Shown piece after piece: positions 9,651-19,178 of a stretch of DNA of 64,000 nucleotides. The stretch is from assembly GCA_029288895.1 (NCBI GenBank), contig JARIGK010000002.1, positions 94,986-158,985 on the forward strand, read 5' to 3'. The first letter of the stretch is position 1. Every line of letters starts with the position of its first letter. This DNA is from Candidatus Adlerbacteria bacterium. GTDB lineage: Bacteria; Patescibacteriota; Minisyncoccia; Phycocordibacterales; SBAW01. The notes beneath the pieces were generated by a model. The model was not told the DNA's origin and searched no databases. It was given only the letters and a program-made list of their open reading frames with translations. The translations under genes and the position numbers were made by a program.

Positions 9651-10223
9651 ATGGATGAAAGAACGGATGAAGAATTGCTTGCCGCAAGTGTCGAGGGCGA
9701 GAATAGTGCATTCGACAAGCTGGTGGAACGCCACGCGGCAGGAGTCTATTCGTTTGTGCTGCGCCTTGTTGGTGATTCGCGGGAGGCAGAAGACATCACT
9801 CAAGACATATTTCTTAAAGTCTGGCAGAGCCGAAAAAAATACGACATCCATGCAAGCCGATTTAAGACATGGATGTTTCGTATTGCACGCAACACAACCA
9901 TCGACTATCTCCGCAAAAAGAAGTACGCAGTCTTTTCTGAGTTTGACGATGCGGAAGGCACTAATTCGATAACCGACACTTTAGCGGACAGCGAGCTCTT
10001 GCCGGACGAAGCATTCGCCGCACACGAAACCGCAGAAGAGGTCCGCACAGCCCTTCTTACTCTCTCACCCAAATATCGCGAGGTAATCGCACTCCACTAC
10101 ACAAATCATATGACACTCGAAGATATATCACGCGTACTACAGGAGTCGCACAATACGGTTAAAAGTAGGCATCGCCGGGCGCTCCTGGCCCTCCGCGCTG
10201 CCCTGCTGCCCACACGCACCTAA
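9651..10223 (+). CDS. ECF-type RNA polymerase sigma factor (sigma-70 family)
   Basis: Region 2 (AFDKLVERHAAGVYSFVLRLVGDSREAEDITQDIFLKVW) and region 4 HTH (TLEDISRVLQESHNTVKSRHRRAL); ATG at 9651. Confidence 0.85.
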   Translation: MDERTDEELLAASVEGENSAFDKLVERHAAGVYSFVLRLVGDSREAEDITQDIFLKVWQSRKKYDIHASRFKTWMFRIARNTTIDYLRKKKYAVFSEFDDAEGTNSITDTLADSELLPDEAFAAHETAEEVRTALLTLSPKYREVIALHYTNHMTLEDISRVLQESHNTVKSRHRRALLALRAALLPTRT

Positions 10224-10246
10224 CGAGACTATATATACGTATATCT

Positions 10247-10648
10247 ATGGACATGAACTTGAATAACCCACTTTCTCTGGCACTCCGCGAAGAGCAGGCC
10301 CCTCAGGGCTTGGTTCGTGCTATTTGCGCACGCATCGCTCTGGCCCGCCAGCAAAACGCGCGCCGTAAAACATTGCTGCTCGGTATTGCATCTATTGTCT
10401 TTGGCATTTCACTAGTGCCCGCGTTCCAGTACGCAGCTGGCGAGCTCTACGCATCGGGCTTTTATGAATATATGTCGCTGATCTTCTCCGACAGCGGTTT
10501 GGTGTTGTCTGTCTGGCGCCAATTTGCCTTCTCGCTTATTGAATCTATTCCCTCCCTTGCCATCCTTGTATTACTCGCGCTGTGCGGCGCGCTAGGATGG
10601 TCGCTGCGCCGTGCATTTATTAACGCACGCACAGCATTTTCGTTCTAA
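10247..10648 (+). CDS. Putative anti-sigma factor (membrane protein)
   Basis: 133-aa ORF immediately downstream of the ECF sigma gene with a cytoplasmic N-terminus and two TM helices; assignment by context only. Confidence 0.4.
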   Translation: MDMNLNNPLSLALREEQAPQGLVRAICARIALARQQNARRKTLLLGIASIVFGISLVPAFQYAAGELYASGFYEYMSLIFSDSGLVLSVWRQFAFSLIESIPSLAILVLLALCGALGWSLRRAFINARTAFSF

Positions 10649-10660
10649 ATCATTGTATAT

Positions 10661-11116
10661 ATGGACACCCGCGAAAAGGTTCGTTTTGGCTGGTTACGAT
10701 GGGCACTTCTTGCACTCGGCGCATTGCTCATCTTTTTTTTGATCTTTGACGCAGGTGTCGCGGTTGGCATGCGCTACTCGATGGGGATGCGCGGCCCAGG
10801 CGGGCATGTCGGTATGCCTGCACAACAATTTGGGTTTGGCGGCTTTGGTATCGCCGTACCGCATGGATATATCCCAGAAGGCCATGGTGCAGTAGGGACT
10901 ATCCAAACCATAGACGCCACTACTATTACATTACAAACACGCGAAGGAGGCACCCAGGTTGTTGCCATTAATGCAAACACACATATTCAGAGCGCAACCA
11001 CAACCGGCACTCTGAAAGACCTCCGGCCTGGACAGACAATTGTTGTACTTGGCGACCCACATGAAGCAACTTCAAGCCAGCAATTAACTGCTGCGTTTAT
11101 TCGCATACTCCGATAA
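10661..11116 (+). CDS. Small membrane-anchored protein, paralog 1 (Gly-rich linker plus beta-rich C-terminal domain; DUF5666-like)
   Basis: N-terminal TM, Gly-rich segment, C-terminal ...GTIQTIDATTITLQTREGGTQVVAINANTHIQ...; clearly homologous to the ORF at 14911..15318. Confidence 0.5.
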   Translation: MDTREKVRFGWLRWALLALGALLIFFLIFDAGVAVGMRYSMGMRGPGGHVGMPAQQFGFGGFGIAVPHGYIPEGHGAVGTIQTIDATTITLQTREGGTQVVAINANTHIQSATTTGTLKDLRPGQTIVVLGDPHEATSSQQLTAAFIRILR

Positions 11117-11121
11117 CAAGC

Positions 11122-12930
11122 ATGAGCATCAAAATGACTGCGCTTTCATATTGGATACCCGTTAAAAAGTATATTGTTGCGCACAAAGCTATCAGCGGTG
11201 TTATTGCTGTTGCCCTGCTTGGTGGCATATGGTGGGCGTACAACACAGCCACTGCAGCACCTGCACAAACGCGCTACATCCTTGGGACCGTTGCCTCGAG
11301 CACAACGATTATCTCGACCGTGTCCGCATCAGGCCAGGTTGCAGCTTCCAATAGCATCGACATCAAACCGCAAGTAAGCGGGCAAATTACCTGGATTGGC
11401 GTTAAAGCTGGCCAGACTGTGTACCAAGGGCAAGCGCTTGCGTCGATAGACAGTACGGATGCGCGGCAGACACTACAGGAAGCAGAGAGCAACCTTGCAA
11501 CGGACAAACTCAACTTCCAAAAATCACAAGCGCAAGCACCCATTGATTATCAAAACGACCAGACAACGCTCGCAAACGCACAGACGGATTTACAGGATTC
11601 GTATAACGATATGTTTAACGACCTCACGGGAGTCTACCTCGACTTGCCTGCCGTGATGACGACGTCGCAAACCGTGCTCTACGGATATGATTTCGACAAT
11701 AAAAAAGTGCAGTGGAATGTTGATGCCTTGATGAATATTTTTAACCCAACATACGAAGACACAACGAGCGTAAAATCCTTCCAAACCACTGCAGTCAGCA
11801 ACTATAACGCTGCGAAAACTGCGTACCAGAATGCATTGTCTGCGTACCAGCTCTTTACCCGCACATCAGACAATGCGTCGATGGATGCAATGCTCAGCCA
11901 GTCCATTACGATGACAACGGCAGTGGCGCAAGCGCTCCAGAGCGAACTCAACTATCTGGGCAGCGCGTCTGACTTAGCTAACAAAAACAATATTTCCCTT
12001 CCTGCAAATTTCTCCAGCATCCAAAGCAGCGCACGCACCAACCTCGCAACTGCAAACACTGACCTGTCAAAGTTGTTGGTCGATAAAAAGACACTCACGA
12101 GCAATAAACAAGCAATTGTGAACGCCCAACACACTATTTCTCTTGACCAAGTCGGCAACACGTCCGACGGCAGCAACCCCATTAGCCTCCAGGTGTCAGC
12201 AAACAACATAGCGAAAGAAGAACAAGATATCGCAAACCAAAAAGCTGACTTGGCTAAATACACTATCGTCGCACCATTTAACGGCACGCTCTCTGCAGTA
12301 GATGCAAAAGTTGGCGACACAGCAGGCTCGAGCGCTGTTGCAACCATCATCACCCATTCGCAAATTGCAAATTTGAGCCTGAACGAAGTCGATGCTGCAA
12401 AAATTAAACTTGGCCAAAAAGCGACACTTACCTTCGATGCAATTGACGGCCTAACACTGACGGGCACCATCGCAGAAATTGACAGCGTTGGCACCGTGAG
12501 CCAAGGCGTCGTCTCCTACCAAGTACAAATTAGCTTTGACACCCAGGACCCGCGCATAAAACCTGGCATGACGATTAATGCATCAATCCAAACAGGCGTA
12601 GTGCAGGATGCCCTTTCGGTTCCATCAAGCGCGGTCAAAACGCTGAATGGTGAAAGTTACGTACAGATGTTTACCCCGCCGCTTACAGACACCGGCGGCA
12701 CAACAGGCGTTACATCAGACACGCCGCCGCAAATGGTGCCAGTGACGATAGGCATTTCTGATGACACCAACATCCAGATACTTTCAGGACTCGAAGCAGG
12801 CCAGCAGATTGTTGTAGGCACTCGCTCAAGCACAAAAACAACAACATCAGCTGCACGCCCTACAACAGGTGGCGCCGGGGGCAATCGAGGATTTGGCGGC
12901 GGAGGCGGCGGTATCCGCATCGGAGGATAA
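11122..12930 (+). CDS. Efflux membrane fusion protein (HlyD/MacA family periplasmic adaptor)
   Basis: N-terminal TM, biotinyl-lipoyl-like IDIKPQVSGQITWIGVKAGQTVYQGQALASID, long coiled-coil, beta-barrel domain ...YTIVAPFNGTLSAVDAKVGD...; Gly-rich C-terminus. Confidence 0.8.
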   Translation: MSIKMTALSYWIPVKKYIVAHKAISGVIAVALLGGIWWAYNTATAAPAQTRYILGTVASSTTIISTVSASGQVAASNSIDIKPQVSGQITWIGVKAGQTVYQGQALASIDSTDARQTLQEAESNLATDKLNFQKSQAQAPIDYQNDQTTLANAQTDLQDSYNDMFNDLTGVYLDLPAVMTTSQTVLYGYDFDNKKVQWNVDALMNIFNPTYEDTTSVKSFQTTAVSNYNAAKTAYQNALSAYQLFTRTSDNASMDAMLSQSITMTTAVAQALQSELNYLGSASDLANKNNISLPANFSSIQSSARTNLATANTDLSKLLVDKKTLTSNKQAIVNAQHTISLDQVGNTSDGSNPISLQVSANNIAKEEQDIANQKADLAKYTIVAPFNGTLSAVDAKVGDTAGSSAVATIITHSQIANLSLNEVDAAKIKLGQKATLTFDAIDGLTLTGTIAEIDSVGTVSQGVVSYQVQISFDTQDPRIKPGMTINASIQTGVVQDALSVPSSAVKTLNGESYVQMFTPPLTDTGGTTGVTSDTPPQMVPVTIGISDDTNIQILSGLEAGQQIVVGTRSSTKTTTSAARPTTGGAGGNRGFGGGGGGIRIGG

Positions 12931-13637
12931 TGATTGAAGTTACAGACATAACAAAAACATACGGCAACGGCGACACTACTTTTCAAGCATTGAAGGGCGT
13001 TTCGTTTACCATCGAAGATGGCGAATTTGTGGCAATCATGGGGCCATCTGGCTCGGGCAAATCAACAATGATGCATATTTTAGGCTGCCTCGACATACCA
13101 ACTACGGGCACATACTTCCTCGATGGGAAAGATGTCTCAACGATGGACGACGAGCAATTGGCTGACATCCGAAAAGATAAAGTCGGCTTCGTCTTTCAGG
13201 CATTTAACCTGCTCCCCCGCACGACGGTGCTCCGCAATGTTGTGCTGCCGCTTGTGTACGCTGGCGTGGGCATAGATGAACGAGAGAAGCGTGCAAAACA
13301 TGCACTTGTGTCTGCTGGTTTGACCGAAAGCCACTTCTTACACAAAAGCAATGAGCTCTCTGGCGGACAAATTCAGCGTGTAGCAATTGCACGCGCATTG
13401 GTAAACGAACCAACACTTATTTTGGCCGACGAACCGACAGGCAATCTAGACACTAAAACCGGCGAGGTCGTCCTTGGCACATTCCAAAAACTAAACGAAG
13501 AACACGGCCGCACTATCGTGCTCATTACCCACGAGCCAGATGTTGCCGAACACGCAAAACGCATCATAACGCTGCGCGACGGAACTATAGTGTCCGACAC
13601 CACATCACACACGCGCCGTCGCGCACATCACATATGA
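12930..13637 (+). CDS. ABC transporter ATP-binding protein (MacB/LolD type)
   Basis: Walker A GPSGSGKST, signature LSGGQIQRVAIARAL, Walker B ILADEPTGNLD. Confidence 0.9.
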   Translation: MIEVTDITKTYGNGDTTFQALKGVSFTIEDGEFVAIMGPSGSGKSTMMHILGCLDIPTTGTYFLDGKDVSTMDDEQLADIRKDKVGFVFQAFNLLPRTTVLRNVVLPLVYAGVGIDEREKRAKHALVSAGLTESHFLHKSNELSGGQIQRVAIARALVNEPTLILADEPTGNLDTKTGEVVLGTFQKLNEEHGRTIVLITHEPDVAEHAKRIITLRDGTIVSDTTSHTRRRAHHI

Positions 13638-14884
13638 CACTGAACGACACATTACAAGAAACATTTACTGCCCTCTCGGCAAACAAAGTCCGCTCAGGGC
13701 TCACAGTACTTGGCATCGTCATTGGCATCGGCTCTGTCATTGCCATGGTGTCCGTTGGACAAGGTGCGGCGTCTGGCATCCAGTCGTCTATACAGTCGCT
13801 TGGCTCAAACCTGTTGCAAGTAACGCCAGGGGCCGCACGCACCGCAGGCGGTTTTGGCGTCTCGGGCGGCCGCGGAACCTCTTCGACATTAAAACAGGAT
13901 GACGCTAACGCTATTGCGTCACAGGTGCAATATGTTGCAGGCGTTGCAAGCGAAGTGTCGAGCCGCCAGCAAATTACGGCAAAAGGCACAAACACAAACA
14001 CCTCTGTTATTGGCGTCACCAGCGCATACCCAGAAATTCGCAACGTCTCTATAGATCAAGGCAGTTTTATTAGCGACGATCAAAATAACTCACTGGCCAA
14101 AGTCGCCGTACTCGGGCCCACCGCCGCAGGCGACCTGTTTGGCACCGACGACACCACAGCAGATGGCTTGCCTAACGGCATTGTCGGCCAAACTATCCGC
14201 ATCAAAGGGATGGAATTTAAAGTTATTGGCATCACTGCAGCAAAAGGTTCGAGCGGCTTCTCCAATCAAGACGACACTGTCTATATACCAGCAAAAAGCG
14301 CACAGCGATTTCTCACAGGCAACGATTCCGTCTCATCAATCGATATCCAAGCGTCGAGCGCAGACACTATGGCAACAGTACAAGACGATGTGACGAACCT
14401 TCTTCTTGCCCTCCATGGCATCAGCGACCCGACAAAAGCAGATTTTAGCGTTTTAAACCAAAACGATTTACTTTCTGCAGTGTCCAATGTGTCACAAACA
14501 CTCACCATTCTCTTGGCGTCCATTGCAGGCATCTCACTTATTGTTGGAGGCATCGGCATTATGAACATGATGCTCACCACTGTGACAGAGCGCACGCGCG
14601 AAATCGGCCTACGCAAAGCTATTGGCGCAAAGAAAGCAGATATCAGCCGCCAATTTCTCATCGAAGCCACGGTCCTTACCCTCATCGGTGGCACACTTGG
14701 TGTCGTGCTTGGCGGTGGCGTTGCCTTAGCCATAAACGCATTGGGTCTGATTACAACCAGCATATCCGTATCGTCGGTCGTGCTGGCGTTTGGTGTTTCG
14801 GCAGCGATTGGCATCCTCTTTGGGTGGTACCCGGCGCGGCGTGCAGCCTCGCTCAACCCTATCGAGGCGTTGCGATATGAATAA
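13634..14884 (+). CDS. ABC transporter permease (FtsX/MacB family)
   Basis: N-terminal TM, large periplasmic domain, C-terminal FtsX 4-TM domain (...IMNMMLTTVTERTREIGLRKAIGAKK...). Confidence 0.9.
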   Translation: MTLNDTLQETFTALSANKVRSGLTVLGIVIGIGSVIAMVSVGQGAASGIQSSIQSLGSNLLQVTPGAARTAGGFGVSGGRGTSSTLKQDDANAIASQVQYVAGVASEVSSRQQITAKGTNTNTSVIGVTSAYPEIRNVSIDQGSFISDDQNNSLAKVAVLGPTAAGDLFGTDDTTADGLPNGIVGQTIRIKGMEFKVIGITAAKGSSGFSNQDDTVYIPAKSAQRFLTGNDSVSSIDIQASSADTMATVQDDVTNLLLALHGISDPTKADFSVLNQNDLLSAVSNVSQTLTILLASIAGISLIVGGIGIMNMMLTTVTERTREIGLRKAIGAKKADISRQFLIEATVLTLIGGTLGVVLGGGVALAINALGLITTSISVSSVVLAFGVSAAIGILFGWYPARRAASLNPIEALRYE

Positions 14885-14910
14885 TTAGTAATGATAAGAG
14901 AATAGATAGT

Positions 14911-15318
14911 ATGAACACACAGAGTAAAATTATTAGTGCGGTTGTAGTACTTATATTGATGGGCGGTTCATTCTGGGGCGGCATAACGTATGCAAAAGCG
15001 CACCCGACGCGCGGGCAGTTTAATACTCAGTTTGGAGGCGCAGCGGGTGGCCGCGCAGGTGGATTTGGCCGCGGCGGCATGGGTGGCGCGTCTGTGGGAC
15101 AAGTAGTCTCCGCTGACAAAACCACCATGACTATTAAACTCGCCAGCGGCTCGACGCAGATTGTACTCTTTAGTACGTCAACTCAAATTATGAAAAGTGT
15201 CGCGGGTACTGCATCCGATCTTTCTGCCGGAACAAATGTTATAATCATGGGGCAACCGAACAGTGACGGCAGCCTTACGGCCCAGTCTGTTCAAATTAGG
15301 CCAGCAGTAAATAGATAA
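14911..15318 (+). CDS. Small membrane-anchored protein, paralog 2 (DUF5666-like)
   Basis: Same architecture as 10661..11116: TM, Gly-rich linker (GGAAGGRAGGFGRGGMGG), C-terminal ...TTMTIKLASGSTQIVLFSTSTQI... domain. Confidence 0.5.
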   Translation: MNTQSKIISAVVVLILMGGSFWGGITYAKAHPTRGQFNTQFGGAAGGRAGGFGRGGMGGASVGQVVSADKTTMTIKLASGSTQIVLFSTSTQIMKSVAGTASDLSAGTNVIIMGQPNSDGSLTAQSVQIRPAVNR

Positions 15319-15327
15319 TTAAAACGT

Positions 15328-15831
15328 ATGAATAAAAAGTTTCTTGTAGGAGGAATCATCGTTGTACTTTTAGGAGGCTACGCGCTCTGGGCGGCATCGC
15401 GCTCGAGCACCGCTACGCCCGCAACGACAAATCAAAACGGTCAGACGTCAGCGTCATCAGAGACAACCAACCCTAACGCGGGCGGCACTGCGCAAGATGG
15501 CGGCGTGGGCGACTCATCATCACCTGCCGACAACAATACGGCGCAATACAAAGATGGAACATATACCGGCAAAGTAGGGAGTGCCGCGCCGTATGGTAAC
15601 GTCCAAGTAAAGGCAACTATTTCGGGCGGCAAACTCACCAAAGTAGATGTGCTTACCAAGCCAAGCGGCCCAGGCTATACCGACCAATTGTCAGCACAGA
15701 CATTCCCTCTGCTGGTACAAGAAGCCATTAAGGTCCAAGGTTCGGGTGTACACATTGTGAGCGGCGCAACGCAGGACAGCGAAGGCTTCCAGCAGTCGCT
15801 CGCATCGGCGCTCGCACAGGCTTCGATCTAG
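15328..15831 (+). CDS. FMN-binding domain protein, membrane-anchored, with ApbE flavinylation motif
   Basis: N-in TM anchor MNKKFLVGGIIVVLLGGYALWAA, FMN_bind-like domain (YKDGTYTGK...VQVKATISGGKLTKVDVL), SGAT flavinylation motif in GSGVHIVSGATQDSEGF. Confidence 0.7.
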   Translation: MNKKFLVGGIIVVLLGGYALWAASRSSTATPATTNQNGQTSASSETTNPNAGGTAQDGGVGDSSSPADNNTAQYKDGTYTGKVGSAAPYGNVQVKATISGGKLTKVDVLTKPSGPGYTDQLSAQTFPLLVQEAIKVQGSGVHIVSGATQDSEGFQQSLASALAQASI

Positions 15832-15835
15832 CACT

Positions 15836-16573
15836 ATGAAAGAGACGCGTGCCATCATGGGCATGCCCATCACTGTCGAAGTGGTGGATGAACATGCCTC
15901 CCAACATATGCTTGAGGAGGTATTTTCATATTTCACCCGCATCGACGAACAATTCAGCACCTACAAAGAGACAAGCGAGATCTCAAAACTAAATAGAAAA
16001 GAAATTGCTGAATTAAGCGATGAAATGCATGAGGTATTGATGTTGGCAGAAAAAACAAAACAAGAAACAAAAGGCTACTTTAATATCAAAAAACTAGACG
16101 GAACTCTAGACCCCTCAGGGATAGTAAAAGGCTGGGCGATTAATAACGCGGCCGATTTGCTGATGCATTGCGGGGCAACTAACTTTTACATTGAAGCAGG
16201 TGGCGATATACAAACACACGGCACAGCAGCCGACGGCGCACAGTGGAGCGTTGGTATAAAAAACCCCTTTAATAAAAACGAAATAGTAAAAGTTATCTAT
16301 CCGCGCGGCCGCGGCGTTGCAACGTCGGGGAGCTATGAGCGCGGCAGCCATATCTACAACCCCCACTCACCCACCGACATATTGTCCGACATAATAAGCA
16401 TTACCGTCGTTGGCCCCAACGTTTTAGAAGCCGACCGTTTCGCCACTGCAGCATTTGCCATGGGCCGCGCTGGAGTCCAGTTCATTGAACAACTGGCCGG
16501 TTTTGAGGCATACTCAATAGATAAAGATGGCATCGCAACCATGACCAGTAATTTCTTTACACTCACTGTATGA
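15836..16573 (+). CDS. apbE: FAD:protein FMN transferase (ApbE family), short form without obvious signal peptide
   Basis: GMPITVEV, DPSGIVKGWA, GGDI, WSVGIKNP, VATSGSYER motifs typical of ApbE; 245 aa. Confidence 0.85.
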   Translation: MKETRAIMGMPITVEVVDEHASQHMLEEVFSYFTRIDEQFSTYKETSEISKLNRKEIAELSDEMHEVLMLAEKTKQETKGYFNIKKLDGTLDPSGIVKGWAINNAADLLMHCGATNFYIEAGGDIQTHGTAADGAQWSVGIKNPFNKNEIVKVIYPRGRGVATSGSYERGSHIYNPHSPTDILSDIISITVVGPNVLEADRFATAAFAMGRAGVQFIEQLAGFEAYSIDKDGIATMTSNFFTLTV

Positions 16574-18057
16574 ATATAAACATCCCCTTCGTCGACCCCC
16601 TGCTCAACCGCATCACGATGTATCGCGTCGTGCTCTACCATTTGTGCATTCTGTGGCTTGTCGCACTCGCCTATACATTCTTTGGCGTCCTGTCGTTTAC
16701 ACCGCTTGCGCTTATATTCTCGACCGTCGTTATCCTCGGCGTCTGCTGGATAGTCAACGAGCTGTGCGCATGGGCCTGGAATGTGACGCCAAACGTCGAG
16801 TCGGTTTATATCACGGGCTTTATCATCGCGCTTATCATGACGCCAGTCGCAATAGACAACATACATGGCGCTCTTATACTCGCCGCCGCATCTGCCGCAG
16901 CAATGGCATCAAAATACCTGCTTGCGTGGAAGCGCCAACATATCTTTAACCCTGCAGCGTTTGGCGTTGCCTTTACGGGCATTTTGCTTAGCGGTTACGC
17001 CAGCTGGTGGGTTGGAGGCACGCTACCTCTTCTGCCATTTGTGGCAATTGGCGGCTTGCTTATTGTGCGTAAAATACAGCGCTTTGATTTGTTTTGGACC
17101 TACGCTGCAGTCGCTGCCGCGGGCGTATGCATCACGTTTCTGCCGCTCTCGCCGTGGGAGACGCTCAGTGATTTTGCCATTCATTCATCAGCACTCTTTT
17201 TGGCAACAGTAATGCTCACAGAGCCGCTTACGTCGCCTCCGACGCGCCTCAATAGAATTATCTACGCGGCCATTGTCGGCTTTGTCTTTATTCCGCACCT
17301 GCACATTGGAACGTTCTACACATCGCCAGAACTCGCACTGCTCGTTGGTAACATCTTTGCATTTGCAGTGATGCCAAAAAGCCGCCGCATACTGACGCTT
17401 GTCAAAAGCACGCAAATTGCCGAAGGCATCTACGACTTTACCTTCCGCCCCGACGCGCCGCTCGCCTTCCACGCGGGGCAATATATGGAGTGGACACTCA
17501 AACACTCGCCGTCCGACAGCCGCGGTAACCGCCGGTACTTCACCATCGCCTCTGCCCCCACAGAACAAGAAATCCACTTAGGTATCAAAACCTACGACCC
17601 AGCAAGTACGTTTAAAAAAGCGCTCGTCGGGATGAAGACCGGCGACACTATTTCTGTGGGCCAGCTTTCGGGTGAGTTTACTCTTCCGCACAATGAAAAA
17701 GAGAAACTCTGCTTTATCGCAGGCGGCATCGGCATCACACCCTTCCGCGCGATGGTGCAGCATATGCTCGACACTGGGAGCCAGCGCGATGCGATACTCC
17801 TCTACTCAACAAAAACTCCTGCCGAAGTTGCCTATAAAGAAGTATTTGACGAGGCAGCGCAGAAACTCGCTTTCCGCGCGCACTACACCAACATGCTCAA
17901 CAAAGAGAGCCTTATGCGCGAAGTGCCAGACTACAAAGAACGGATGTTCTACATCTCGGGCCCGCGTGGCATGGTTGTGGCATTCGAACACACCCTCAAA
18001 TCCTTGGGCGTCCCATCGTCCAAAATAAAAATCGACTTCTTCCCCGGGTTTGCCTAA
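16570..18057 (+). CDS. Fusion protein: RnfD/NqrB-like polytopic membrane domain plus C-terminal FNR-like FAD/NAD(P)-binding oxidoreductase domain
   Basis: N-terminal about 260 aa with about 8 TM helices and HIFNPAAFG motif; C-terminal RRYFTIAS (RxYS FAD motif), GGIGITP NAD(P) loop, MFYISGPRGMV. Confidence 0.65.
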   Translation: MNINIPFVDPLLNRITMYRVVLYHLCILWLVALAYTFFGVLSFTPLALIFSTVVILGVCWIVNELCAWAWNVTPNVESVYITGFIIALIMTPVAIDNIHGALILAAASAAAMASKYLLAWKRQHIFNPAAFGVAFTGILLSGYASWWVGGTLPLLPFVAIGGLLIVRKIQRFDLFWTYAAVAAAGVCITFLPLSPWETLSDFAIHSSALFLATVMLTEPLTSPPTRLNRIIYAAIVGFVFIPHLHIGTFYTSPELALLVGNIFAFAVMPKSRRILTLVKSTQIAEGIYDFTFRPDAPLAFHAGQYMEWTLKHSPSDSRGNRRYFTIASAPTEQEIHLGIKTYDPASTFKKALVGMKTGDTISVGQLSGEFTLPHNEKEKLCFIAGGIGITPFRAMVQHMLDTGSQRDAILLYSTKTPAEVAYKEVFDEAAQKLAFRAHYTNMLNKESLMREVPDYKERMFYISGPRGMVVAFEHTLKSLGVPSSKIKIDFFPGFA

Positions 18058-18689
18058 AACTCACGAGTCTCGCCGTCTGGGATAGTGACGTATTCGGTGT
18101 TTGGGACAAACATCTTGAGCGCATTGCCAACGAAGCCGCGGAAGAACGGCATAATCATGCCATCGTGCACGCCAAAAGCTTTTGTGGCGTTTACTTGTTT
18201 AGCAAAATCTATTGCATCGCCCATCTTCATCCACGGGCCAGAGACTGGAAGCGCCAACACCTCGACTGGTTTGCCGCACACATGGAAATTGTCTCCTGGG
18301 AAATAAAATTTCTCGGCGACCATATATGCCGTATTTTCACACTGCCCCATCTCGCCATAAATGGGGGCGTGGTCCTTCCCAAACCCTTCGATCGTGATTC
18401 CATTTATTTCCGCACGCTGTCCGTCGCCCACACATGTAGATGCAATTCTTTCTTTTTCTAACAACGCACCTACTGCACTATTAGTAACAACCGTCGCACC
18501 TGGGTTATTTTCGAGCATCTGTTTGACCGATTCAACGTGGAAGTGATCTTGATGTTCGTGTGTTATCAAAATGATATTTATTTCGTGCAGTTCATTCTGC
18601 GCTGTCGTAAAACTACCTGGGTCTGTCACAATCTTTGTGCCATTGATATCCAGCAGCAAACAGCAATGCCCGAATTTAGTGATGTTCAT
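18054..18689 (-). CDS. MBL-fold metallo-hydrolase
   Basis: HEHQDH zinc-binding motif and further His/Asp ligands; start trimmed from the long ORF to MNITKFGHCCLLLDINGTKIV at 18689. Confidence 0.75.
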   Translation of the reverse strand: MNITKFGHCCLLLDINGTKIVTDPGSFTTAQNELHEINIILITHEHQDHFHVESVKQMLENNPGATVVTNSAVGALLEKERIASTCVGDGQRAEINGITIEGFGKDHAPIYGEMGQCENTAYMVAEKFYFPGDNFHVCGKPVEVLALPVSGPWMKMGDAIDFAKQVNATKAFGVHDGMIMPFFRGFVGNALKMFVPNTEYVTIPDGETREF

Positions 18690-18821
18690 AGACCTAGTAT
18701 AGTCGATTGTATTGAGAATTTCCTGAAGTACTGTTGTATTAATAGTAACTGGACAATATAAATTTGGTATTGTAATGCACTTTTCGGTGACATGTTCGTC
18801 ATCTCTTGTAAGAGGTTTGGA

Positions 18822-19154
18822 ATGAAAAAGATGCTGGTTTGCGCTTTTGCGCTGACGCTGACTCCCTGGTTTTCTGCTTCCGCCCAGCAGAACGAGCTCT
18901 ACATGGATCGAATTCTGAAGTTGGGCGACGCCTACTGCCCCAAGTCGGTGTCGCCCATTCCGTGCTCGACGGAGTTCATGAAGATGGCCACCCTGGCCGC
19001 CCATATTGACTTGGCGATGGCGACCTCCAAAGCCTACGCCGCAATCGGGGACCAGAAAGCCGTCGAGGAGCTGCTCCCCGAGCTGAAGAAGAATAGCTCT
19101 GAACTGGAAGTGATGGTGAAGGGATTCGACCAGAAATTCCCCCTGAAGCAGTGA
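18822..19154 (+). CDS. Small secreted protein with atypical high GC3 codon usage
   Basis: Signal peptide MKKMLVCAFALTLTPWFSASA; CTG/GCC/GAG-rich codons unlike neighbours; followed by intrinsic terminator. Confidence 0.5.
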   Translation: MKKMLVCAFALTLTPWFSASAQQNELYMDRILKLGDAYCPKSVSPIPCSTEFMKMATLAAHIDLAMATSKAYAAIGDQKAVEELLPELKKNSSELEVMVKGFDQKFPLKQ

Positions 19155-19178
19155 TCTACTTCGGCGTCACACAACTCA

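Noticed and set aside
8653-9972. 439-aa plus-strand ORF overlapping rarA and the ECF sigma gene
   Set aside because: Antisense to rarA over most of its length. The in-frame part at 9651 onward is the sigma factor in a different frame. No independent support.
18054-19004. 316-aa ORF call for the MBL-fold gene
   Set aside because: The N-terminal 105 residues lack homology and overlap the oppositely oriented small secreted gene. The conserved MBL domain starts at MNITKFGH (18689).
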